DNA of 64,000 nucleotides from Histomonas meleagridis 2922-C6/04-290x (Eukaryota; Protista; Parabasalia): NCBI GenBank assembly GCA_020184695.1, contig JAANOX010000130.1, positions 62,001 to 126,000 of the forward strand, read 5' to 3'. Shown piece by piece: positions 54,761 to 64,000 of this stretch (position 1 is its first letter; each line of letters starts with the position of its first letter). The notes under the pieces were generated by a model. It saw only the letters and a program-made list of their open reading frames with translations, ran no database searches and was not told where the DNA came from. The position numbers and the translations under genes were made by a program.

Positions 54761-56485
54761 TTATTGCATTGCCCCCATTTGCCATGAAACAAGTGCGTTT
54801 TCTAACGCTTCGAGTGCTTTGACTTGATCGCCTTCTGTTAGTTTTTGTATTGCTGTTTGTAATAATCCTTGTACAGCAGAACGAGCTTCTTCACTTCGAA
54901 CTTCGGGTACTTCAGTAATAATATCAACATGTAACTTCTCAAGAAGTGATAGGCCAGCGCTGAGATCAAAACCACTGTCAAAGTCATCAAGCTCTGGAAT
55001 GGGTTCAATCTCCGGTATTGGCGCATGATGTTCGTTAGAAGCAAATTTGTCTGATGGTCCTGTGAAGGGACAATTGGGTGTAAACTTAGGAGGACCTTTT
55101 CTGATGGAAGGAGCGTTCGGAGTAAATTTGGGTGGACCGGTTGCAGATGGTGCATTAGGTGCGAACTTAGGAGGGCCATTGTCGACTGGGGGCGCGTTGG
55201 GTGTGAACTTGGGTGGACCGCCAACGGGAGGAGCGTTGGGTGTGAACTTGGGCGGACCGCTGACCGGTGGTGCATTTGGTGTGAATTTAGGTGGACCTCC
55301 AACGGGTGGTGCATTAGGTGTAAATTTAGGCGGACCATTGTCGACTGGAGGTGCATTAGGTGTGAACTTGGGTGGGCCTCCTGCGTTAGCATTAGATTTT
55401 CCAGGAGGAGTGAACACTGGTGGACCTGTTAGACCTGAGCTATTGCTACTTCCGCCGCTTCCAGGAGGAGTGAACACAGGAGGACCTCCTGCGTTAGAAT
55501 TCGATTTACCTGGCGGCGTGAACACTGGCGGACCGGTCAGACCCGAATTATTGCTACTTCCGCCGCTTCCTGGTGGTGTAAACACAGGAGGGCCTCCTGC
55601 GTTAGCATTAGATTTTCCAGGAGGAGTGAACACTGGTGGACCTGTTAGACCTGAGCTATTGCTACTTCCGCCGCTTCCTGGTGGTGTGAACACCGGTGGG
55701 CCTCCTGCGTTAGCATTAGATATTCCTGGAGGAGTGAACACTGGTGGACCTGTTAGACCTGAGCTATTGCTACTTCCGCCGCTTCCTGGTGGTGTAAACA
55801 CAGGAGGGCCTCCTGCGTTAGCATTAGATTTTCCTGGCGGCGTGAACACTGGTGGACCTGTTAGACCTGAGCTATTGCTACTTCCGCCGCTTCCTGGTGG
55901 TGTGAACACTGGTGGTCCACTTGCGCTGGATTTTCCTGGCGGCGTGAACACTGGCGGCCCTGTCAGACCCGAGCTATTGCTGCTGCTGCTTCCCGGCGGC
56001 GTGAACACTGGCGGCCCGTTCAGCTGCGGCGCGGCGCCTCCCGCTGCGTGCCCTTCCCCTGTCACGCCGGCCTTCGCGAGCATCTTTTTGGCTTTGACGG
56101 AGACGACTTTGCATATCTTCTCTCTTTCCATTGACTCTTCGTCGTCGAGTGTTGAGTACACTTGCGCGCACATGAAGAACTGGCTCGGCATGTTCGCTCT
56201 GACTCTTCCGCTTTGGAATTGATTTGATAATTTTTCAAATAGATTGTCAGCAAATTGCTTTGTCACTTCCTGCGCGTTGTCTGGCATTTCCGGCGTTGTT
56301 GCTTCGATTTGGCGAATGTAATTCACTGCCGCAGGAGAAAGAGATCCGTCGTTCATATCTTGGATGAACATTAGGAAGCAGTTTCGCATAACATTCGATA
56401 CAATCGGCTGCTCGTTTTTTAGAGCGTTGGATATTTGGAGATATGACGCGTATTGCTTGAATTCTGGTGGTACTTGATTTGCCAT
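54761..56485 (-). CDS. VTA1: VTA1/LIP5-like ESCRT cofactor with a greatly expanded Pro/Gly repeat linker
   Basis: N-terminal MIT-like region (VPPEFKQYASYL...PIVS...FADNLF) and C-terminal VSL-like helix pair (IQKLTEGDQVKALEALENAL). Confidence 0.65.
   Translation of the reverse strand: MANQVPPEFKQYASYLQISNALKNEQPIVSNVMRNCFLMFIQDMNDGSLSPAAVNYIRQIEATTPEMPDNAQEVTKQFADNLFEKLSNQFQSGRVRANMPSQFFMCAQVYSTLDDEESMEREKICKVVSVKAKKMLAKAGVTGEGHAAGGAAPQLNGPPVFTPPGSSSSNSSGLTGPPVFTPPGKSSASGPPVFTPPGSGGSSNSSGLTGPPVFTPPGKSNANAGGPPVFTPPGSGGSSNSSGLTGPPVFTPPGISNANAGGPPVFTPPGSGGSSNSSGLTGPPVFTPPGKSNANAGGPPVFTPPGSGGSSNNSGLTGPPVFTPPGKSNSNAGGPPVFTPPGSGGSSNSSGLTGPPVFTPPGKSNANAGGPPKFTPNAPPVDNGPPKFTPNAPPVGGPPKFTPNAPPVSGPPKFTPNAPPVGGPPKFTPNAPPVDNGPPKFAPNAPSATGPPKFTPNAPSIRKGPPKFTPNCPFTGPSDKFASNEHHAPIPEIEPIPELDDFDSGFDLSAGLSLLEKLHVDIITEVPEVRSEEARSAVQGLLQTAIQKLTEGDQVKALEALENALVSWQMGAMQ
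55073..56017 (-). repeat. Coding repeats: 12 x GPPVFTPP and 8 x GPPKF(T/A)PN
   Basis: Counted in the translated ORF. Confidence 0.9.
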
Positions 56486-57044
56486 TAAATTTCAAGTTTT
56501 TGGGGGGGACTGGTTTAACGGTTTTGTAGAAAAGGCACTTTTCCGGTGACGGTTTTGTAACACACAATTTCGGCGGTTACAGTTTTGATCGTCTGGTGAA
56601 ATCCAAATGTACTTTTTTTGATTAAAGACAAGAGTATCTCCTAATAACGCATATAAGTCAATTCCTATTCTTTCGTTATTGTTTTTCAAGGGCTTTAATC
56701 CTGATCTCGTCGGGGAACGTTAGATGAATGTAATTCATCAGCGGACGTTCACTTTTTCTGTCAAAACTTCCTCGATAGACATTTTCTGAATGACATTTTG
56801 TGTTAGAAAATTGTTAAATTTATGATTTCGTATTTTATTTACGAATTGTTGTGAAAATGATTCTTTATTAAATTTCTGGTGATTGTTTTTAATTGTTTTG
56901 TGTTTTCTAATGTGAAATTGGGAAAATGCAAATCAAATTTTTTTAAACTCACAAATGTGATTCTAACTTTTTGTGTTGTTTATTTTTTAGATTGAAAGCT
57001 CCAAAATCGGAATGGCATTTTCCTAAATAAAAACCTTTGGATTC

Positions 57045-57830
57045 ATGATTAAAAACAGTGCAACAGACACCACAAATTGCCCTAAAAACGAAAGTAATGA
57101 CTTACTTAACATGGAATTTATTGTTAAACTTGAAAAAACAATATTTTATTTGAACGAAAAAAATTTTGATTATAATTATCCCTACACTTTAAATAAAGTA
57201 ATATTCATTTTAGTTTATTATGCATTTGTTTCACAAAGAAATCCTTGTAATTTATATTTCAAATATTTAAAAACAATTCAAACAAAAGAATTCGAAATTA
57301 ATAAAAGCAATCCTAATATTATAGATATTTTTAGTAAACATATTAACTCTAAAATTGAATCACAAGAATCGTATTATCTTCTTTCAAAAATGATTGAAGA
57401 AAATTTAGTTACGTCAAATATAACAAGAAATATTAATACTAAATATTTTGCACAATATAAGAATGAAATAGAAAACAAACGAAAAAATCACGCAGATGTG
57501 AAATTACTCTGTTGCCGAAGGCAAAAATCAAATCCAATATAAGATAAATTATTTGCTTTGCTTTTAATCTTTTTTAATAATGCATATCTTTTATTATACC
57601 AAATTCTTAATTATTAGTTTCACATAAAATTGAATATGGTTATTATTTATCTTTTTATTTTTCATTCGCTTAAAATCTTAATAACAAATTTAAGAACTTG
57701 TTCACAATGAAATTTGGGAATTATTTAATTTATATAAATCATTTATATAAAAACAGCTGCATTAGACATGCAACTCAAAACAATCACCTTGAAATCGTCG
57801 ACGATTCGAAATCCTGCGTAATAAAGGAGC
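57045..57830 (+). pseudogene. Truncated DUF3447-family N-terminus followed by a decayed ankyrin remnant
   Basis: NFDYNYPYTLN...SQESYYLLSKMIEENL...KYFAQYK matches the other paralogues and then breaks off; a frameshifted aca gct...IRHATQNNHLEIV remnant lies near 57760. Confidence 0.7.
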
Positions 57831-58121
57831 AATACAATAACATACATAAACTTTCCCGACTTTATAAACAAGTAATAATATTTTTTTTTTAATTCTTTTG
57901 ACGTTTTGAAGTTATATTTTTTTAAAAATTAGCACCAACAAAACAAATCGCACAAAAATTGTTAGAATTGTCGTGAAAAAGCTTCATGGTTAAATTTAAC
58001 GAAAGCAACAGTTTCTATACGAATTTGTAGAAAATATTTACACAAAATATAAATACCTATCAAAAATATTTAGAAATTTGTTTAATAAAAATAAAATTTC
58101 TATTTAAATTTAAAAGTCATT

Positions 58122-60269
58122 TTATCCACAGAATATATTTTCGCTCGAATCTTTCTTAAACAATGCACCAATATACCAACCAAAAGCTACCGCACCAAAC
58201 AAAACAGTGATTTTCATCAGTTTTGTTAACAATTCGATAGTTGATCCATCGAGTACGATATCCAAATATTTATACATTTTTGTCATCCTAACGGCAATCA
58301 TTCTTTTCCTCACGAATATCGACTCTTTGTGTGAAGTCTTTGTCTTTACTTCATGTAAAGTAGATAAGTATCCAGGTTTAATTTCAAACATTTCACCTAA
58401 ATCACCATTACATTCGTCGATTACCTCATAAAGGAATCTATTTTTACTTTCCTCTGGTAAATTCTCTGTAATTTCTGGGTCCAACAGTTTTGAAGCTTGA
58501 GTATATTTCTCCAACATTCTTTTCCTATGTTTTTTACCATGTTTCTTCTTATCATCAGCTCTTTCATCCTCTACCTTTTCAGCGTATTCCTGTAGTGTTG
58601 GGTCATCTTCCAAGTAAGTTTTATGTGGCAAAAACACCAAGCATATAACCGCCACAAATGGCAGAACGATAAGTAAAATCGATAGGAATTTGACTACGTT
58701 ATTCGGGAGATTCAATCCTCTAGCGGTGAATAACGGATATATTCCAAAGAAAAAGTTCAGGAAGTACAGAATTATATCCAATACGTTATTCAAGTTGTAA
58801 AGGTACGGCCTGAGGATGATGTTGACGACAGCGAAAACAAAATAAATGATTGGAACAGCAAAGTATATATACTTGTTAACTCTTTGAGTTAATGTAGAAA
58901 AGAATAAAATGGACAATTTAACTCCAAACAAAACTAATTTCCATTTGCCACACTTATATTTATAGACGGCAAACAAGAAAATCGCAGTGGTTTGCATCCT
59001 GTTTACCAGGGCTTTCCATTTTTGTTCATGAGTCAAACCATAAATGTTTACATTTTTGATATAATTTCTATTTCTATAAAACAAATATAAATATAACGCT
59101 GGAATTCCAATGAATATGAATACAATAGTAAATAACATAATGCCTCCAACCGGAATTAACACGTCATTAACATAATACAAATTTAAACTATCTGCCATTC
59201 GTAATTCTGTATTCCCTGAACATGCCACTGAACATACATTCGACAGGTTAATCAAATAGTCATAACATTGTCGACATTCAGTTGTATGATTAACAAAATA
59301 AAATAATGAGTCACCAACAGATGGCACACGTTCATATTGTAAATATTGTCCAGCTCCGCACGTGTACTTAGCAGGCACTAACAATGACACAAAGTTTGTT
59401 AAAATTGGAATGTATAACATTTCCAATGCCAACATCAGCAAACGTAAGCCCCAACGCTTAATAAATCGTTTTACAGCCATTATACCTGTGCGGCCGCACT
59501 CGGTGATGGACATGAACAAATAAATTAAGAGAATGATTCCAACCGGAAATCCAATATATGGCAAAAATGCAGTGATCGATGCGGGAAACTTATAGTCAAG
59601 AATCGTAAAGACATCGCATGCGTATAACGAAATTAATATTAAAATCGCGGAAATTAAAAAAATAATTATCGTCATCCAAATCGGATTTTTGGTACGTTGG
59701 ATTTCAACTGTTTTGGAATAACTCGATATTTCATCTTGTAAATCTTTCTTTGTCATAGAGGTTCGTACTCCGGGAATAATACCAGTCATATAATGTGATA
59801 CAATCGCTTGCGATAAATCATTAAGTTCTAAGGTTCGCTTCTTTCGTCGGGCAAAAAACATAAAAATACGCATGATAAAATAAAAGCATGATAAGGCTAT
59901 GGCGAATTCAGTTCCAAGTGTAAATTCATCAAGTATTGATCGAACAATTGAAAACGATATAACAACCATAACTAAGATGTCTAATAAATGATAAAGAGTT
60001 TGAACAAAGGGTGAAATAAACCAAACACATAAGATATCTAATAAAAATGGAATTCCAAGTGATAAAAACATTAATTGGGAACGTAAATCAAACTGTGGTA
60101 TTTGTGGTATAAGGCTAATAAGATATTTAAGGAATTTTAAAATTGCTGTATAAATTGTTACAATCTCGTCTGGAAGATGTAGATCTGGAAAATTAATAGA
60201 TGAGCCAATGTTTTGAAGATACGTAAGAATAGAAACTAATGCACTCGATATCGCAGACGGATTAAACAT
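58122..60269 (-). CDS. Multi-pass membrane protein with Cys-containing lumenal loop; function unknown
   Basis: 715-aa ORF with more than 10 hydrophobic segments. Confidence 0.8.
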   Translation of the reverse strand: MFNPSAISSALVSILTYLQNIGSSINFPDLHLPDEIVTIYTAILKFLKYLISLIPQIPQFDLRSQLMFLSLGIPFLLDILCVWFISPFVQTLYHLLDILVMVVISFSIVRSILDEFTLGTEFAIALSCFYFIMRIFMFFARRKKRTLELNDLSQAIVSHYMTGIIPGVRTSMTKKDLQDEISSYSKTVEIQRTKNPIWMTIIIFLISAILILISLYACDVFTILDYKFPASITAFLPYIGFPVGIILLIYLFMSITECGRTGIMAVKRFIKRWGLRLLMLALEMLYIPILTNFVSLLVPAKYTCGAGQYLQYERVPSVGDSLFYFVNHTTECRQCYDYLINLSNVCSVACSGNTELRMADSLNLYYVNDVLIPVGGIMLFTIVFIFIGIPALYLYLFYRNRNYIKNVNIYGLTHEQKWKALVNRMQTTAIFLFAVYKYKCGKWKLVLFGVKLSILFFSTLTQRVNKYIYFAVPIIYFVFAVVNIILRPYLYNLNNVLDIILYFLNFFFGIYPLFTARGLNLPNNVVKFLSILLIVLPFVAVICLVFLPHKTYLEDDPTLQEYAEKVEDERADDKKKHGKKHRKRMLEKYTQASKLLDPEITENLPEESKNRFLYEVIDECNGDLGEMFEIKPGYLSTLHEVKTKTSHKESIFVRKRMIAVRMTKMYKYLDIVLDGSTIELLTKLMKITVLFGAVAFGWYIGALFKKDSSENIFCG

Positions 60270-60843
60270 TATTTTTTATTTTTGGAGAATATTTATGAAG
60301 TTTTTGAGTAAACGATTAAAACCGTTTCAATTTTATCTTCACAAAATTTGAACGGAAAAACAATTATAGGGCTGCCCCGGCAAAAACACCGCTATTTTTT
60401 CATTCAAAAAGTGACTAAATAAATGAAAATATCTCGATAAAAAATTGTTAAAATCATTGATCTTAATCTGTAATAATCACAATTCGAAGGGAATTAAATT
60501 TTTATCAATCGATTTCAAAATGTTTTTAACATATCAATGCATAAAGTCTCATTTATGAAATTTTTGATTATTTCAGAAGTACATCTACAGATTTGGATTA
60601 GATTTCAATTGTTATAAGATATTTTACTAAAGATTTTAGATCTGAATATCATCTTGCTATCCGATGCTTATTGAATTCATTATTTTATTTTGACTATTTT
60701 ACAAAATATTTTGTGTGAAAATCATTCAATATTTTGAGAATAGTAATTATCTGTCTGGCCAGACACTAACAAAAAAAACAATTAGGAAAAAGTGATGTTT
60801 CGACCGTTTAAAAAAGTACAAAGATTTATCAGTAAAAAGTGTA

Positions 60844-60893
60844 CATATGTAAGTTCGGCTCCAAAGGAAAAATTCCGGGGCTGAGAACATATG
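60844..60893. other. GC-richer intergenic nested stem-loop, candidate structured ncRNA
   Basis: catatgt/acatatg (7 bp) encloses tcggctcc/ggggctga (8 bp incl. G-U) and ggaa/ttcc. Confidence 0.3.
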
Positions 60894-61258
60894 CTTGACG
60901 CCTCTTCGGACCTGGATTACCCTTAAAGATTGGAATTTTAAGATTTTTTTTTCATAAGCTATAACTTATAATTACCATCAAATATGATGAATTTTATTGA
61001 CTTATAAGTAAGCAAAGGAATTACTAAATTTCATGAAACCTATGATCCATTTTTGAGAAATTGAAAATTGTTTTTATTTTACATTTGTGTATTTTCATTT
61101 CCATATTTTGATTTTGATTTGAACTCGAAACAGGTAACATATATATTATTGAAAATTAAAAGATACTTAGAATCACATTTGTACATTCTAATGTGTTTAT
61201 TTTTTTCTTAAAAAATAATATTGTTCGTTATAAGACTTTCACAACCAATTGATGAAAT

Positions 61259-63204
61259 TTGCTAAGTTCAAAAAAAGACGTTAAGTTACTTGACATGTCA
61301 ATCAAAAAGTTACAAACGACTTTATTTTTTGACCTTTTTAAACTCAATTTAGTAATCATACAAAGATCATTTTTGCCAAAGCACATGTTTAATGATGATA
61401 TTCATATCACAAACATTGGAGATAAAAATTTGAACAATCCATCAACCTTCTTGAAATTACTAACTGAGCTTGGGAAGGCTGTGTTCAATTTAACTGAAGA
61501 AAACTTTCAGACGTCTATTAAAAAAGTATTGGAATTATTTGATTCAAATTTTCCCATTACATTTAATATTGTTATAAGTAACATAATTTATAATGCATTC
61601 TCATCACGAAAGCATGTATTTGATATTTACATAAATTTTTTAAAAGCACTTGAAATGAAAGAAGAAGAAATTAATCAAAATATCGTTCAACTAATACCAA
61701 TTTTTACCAAATGTATATCTACAACGAGCACACAAGAATCATATTATTTAATCGAGAAAATGATTGAACAAAATTTGATTGATAAAAATATCACTAAAAA
61801 TATTAAATCAAAATATTTTGCTCATTATAAAACAGAAAAAGAAAATCATTTTTCATTTGGGTCTAATAGATATGATCCAATAGAAAAATACTTTTTTGAT
61901 AATTATAAAGAACTTTCAAAGAATGATTGGGAACTTCATAAGAAATATATTAAAGAAGGACATAATCCAAATGAAATTGCTAAAATAATTCGAAATGATG
62001 AAATCGAAAAACTTCAAGAAATATCATCACAAGAAAATTTCGATTTTAATCAAAAAATTGAACCATCACTTTATGAAAGATGTTCATTTGTTAATCATGA
62101 AAATGTTAGATTAATTGATTATGCAGCATTTTTTGGATCTGTTAAATGTTTTAAATATTTATTTATGAATGGAGCAAATATAAATAATACAGGTAAATAT
62201 GCAGTTGCAGGTGGAAACGAAGAAATTATTCATTTATGTGAACAGAATCATTCATCATTTGAAGGTGCATATGAAACAGCAATTGAATTTCATCTAAATG
62301 ATATCTTTAAATATATTTATGAAAATGAATCAGAAAAAATACAATCAACGCCAAAAATGTCTGAAGAAATACGACCAAAGTCAATGCTTCAAACGCCTGG
62401 AGATAGAACTAATCATTTGGTAAGTTTTTGTATTCAAAAAGATAATTATGAAATTCTAAAATATTTTGAAGAAAAAGGAATTAATGTTGATGTTGATAAT
62501 ATAAATGAATCAGCAAGAAATGGAAATTTATATCTCGTGAAGTATTTCCTTCAAAATAATCAAATTCCAAAAAATATTTTGCCATTTGCTTCAGAATCAG
62601 GAAATATTGAACTTGTGAAATATGTTTTAGAACAAAAAGGAATTGATGTTAATGAAAAACATATTCATTTTAATAATTTTGGATTTATTTTAATAATTTT
62701 ATATATGTTTTAATAAATTGGAATATGTTTTAATAATTTGGAATATGTTTTAATAATTTAAAATATGTTTTAATAATTTGTAATATGTTTTAATAATTTG
62801 AAACAGCACTTCATATATCAGTTAGAAATAATAATATAGAAATATTAAAATTACTTTTAGATGAAGGAATTGATGTTAATGCAAAAAATATTCATTTCAA
62901 TAATTTAGAATATGTTTTAATAATTTAAAATATGTTTTAATAATTTGAAACAGCACTTCATATAGCAGTTAGAAATAATTATATAGAAATAGTAAAATTA
63001 CTTTTAGATAAAGGAATTGATGTTAATGCAAAAAATATTCATTTGAATAATTTAGAATATCCTTTAATAATTTGGACTTTATTTTAATAATATTTTACTG
63101 CAATTCAAATTGCACAACAAAAAGGTTTCATAGAAATAGTAAGTTTCCTTCATGAAAAAAGAATAAATGAAAATTTTAATTCAGAATCTCCCAATAAATA
63201 TTAA
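61259..63204 (+). CDS. DUF3447-type domain + 3 ankyrin repeats interrupted by 13 17-nt spacers (7+3+3)
   Basis: ATG 61385 (Inr at 61367). Junctions 62663-62802, 62890-62949, 63037-63096. Span 1820 nt minus 13x17 = 1599 nt = 533 codons. Confidence 0.8.
62663..62802 (+). repeat. 7 x 20-nt units (17-nt spacer + variable triplet)
   Basis: Triplets tgg, tat, gga, gga, aaa, gta, gaa, then aca gca ctt. Confidence 0.95.
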
Positions 63205-64000
63205 ATCATCATTTTCAATAAGAAAAGAAGTATATTTTACTAATCATCATAAGCAACTCGAAGATCAAATGTACTCAGAAAACAATAGAAAGAAAAGTAC
63301 CAAAACAAATGTTGATATAAACACTCAAGCATGTGAAAATCATTAAAATCACAATACACGAAAATATATCAGCTGAACGATGTAATATTTTACAATTTTC
63401 ATTATGTTCCACTCGTAATTATAATTATTTTATAAAATCACATTTCCGTTTTCATTACCACAAGAACTTGACAAGAACTTTTTCCAGGTAAGAATAATTT
63501 TAAAATCATATATTCCATCAATCAAATCTATAGCTTCTTTAAATCACATGAACAACTCCATTTTACTCATGATTCAATAGCTAATTTGATTATTGCCTTA
63601 TCGACAACATTGAAAAAGAATATATTGGCGCCAAATCCAGAGGCGTTGTTAGATGAAATCATTGAATATCTTCTTGATTCAGATAATGCAAGGTCACAAC
63701 TTGAATAACATTTTCCTAATGAACTGATCCTTTACAAACACTTAAAGAAATTACTTCTTTTAATAACAAAACAGATCCAACACAAGCCAATTTCGTTTGT
63801 TGGTTTACACCAAACAATAAAATCGACACATATTTCTTGAAGGTACACTTTCGACGTGATGACCCATACAATGAGATACCCAAACTGAGAAAATAAACAT
63901 ATTTTGATGAATTTTTTGATTTTTATTGATTCTCTATCGTCACTTAAGTAAAAATCTGTTTTCAAATTGAGAGAAAAATATGAAGATCAAAATGGGAATT

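Noticed and set aside
55047-56222. 391-aa plus-strand ORF
   Set aside because: Antisense shadow of the GC-rich Pro/Gly repeat in the VTA1-like gene.
63568-64000. Plus-strand protein-like frame with four in-frame stops at the right edge
   Set aside because: Possibly a pseudogene, but no recognisable family and truncated by the window.

Overview
AT-rich, gene-dense eukaryotic DNA with no canonical GT-AG introns that I could find. It is most consistent with a parabasalid protist (Trichomonas/Tritrichomonas-like): TCATT-type initiator motifs precede several ATGs and the DUF3447-type + ankyrin family is expanded. This is inference, not a database match. The window holds about 25 intact genes (DnaJ, LRR, MFS sugar porter, mucolipin-like channel, TKL/PEK/PKA-like kinases, exportin-like, APC2, DENN, ZNF598-like, FCP1-like phosphatase, RELCH-like, Stealth, R2R3-Myb, UGDH, VTA1-like and several unknowns), a decayed mariner transposon and five DUF3447/ankyrin loci. 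Two systems stand out. (1) In four ankyrin loci, the D-x-x-G-x beta-turn between ankyrin cores is split into single codons separated by 17-nt AT-rich, non-GT-AG spacers (118 counted by hand, one of them 18 nt). Deleting them in silico restores perfect ankyrin consensus (e.g. AKD-N-D-G-K-T) and a continuous 1013-aa ORF at 20399-24630. This implies an apparently undescribed micro-intron/single-codon-exon processing system, or a DNA-level equivalent. (2) ORF 11702-12898 looks like a secreted polyprotein of cationic amphipathic, Pro-rich and Cys-rich peptides separated by acidic spacers. All 14 Asn residues sit at the peptide/spacer boundaries, suggesting a legumain-processed antimicrobial-peptide precursor. 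Removal of the spacers and processing of the peptides are inferred from sequence only.
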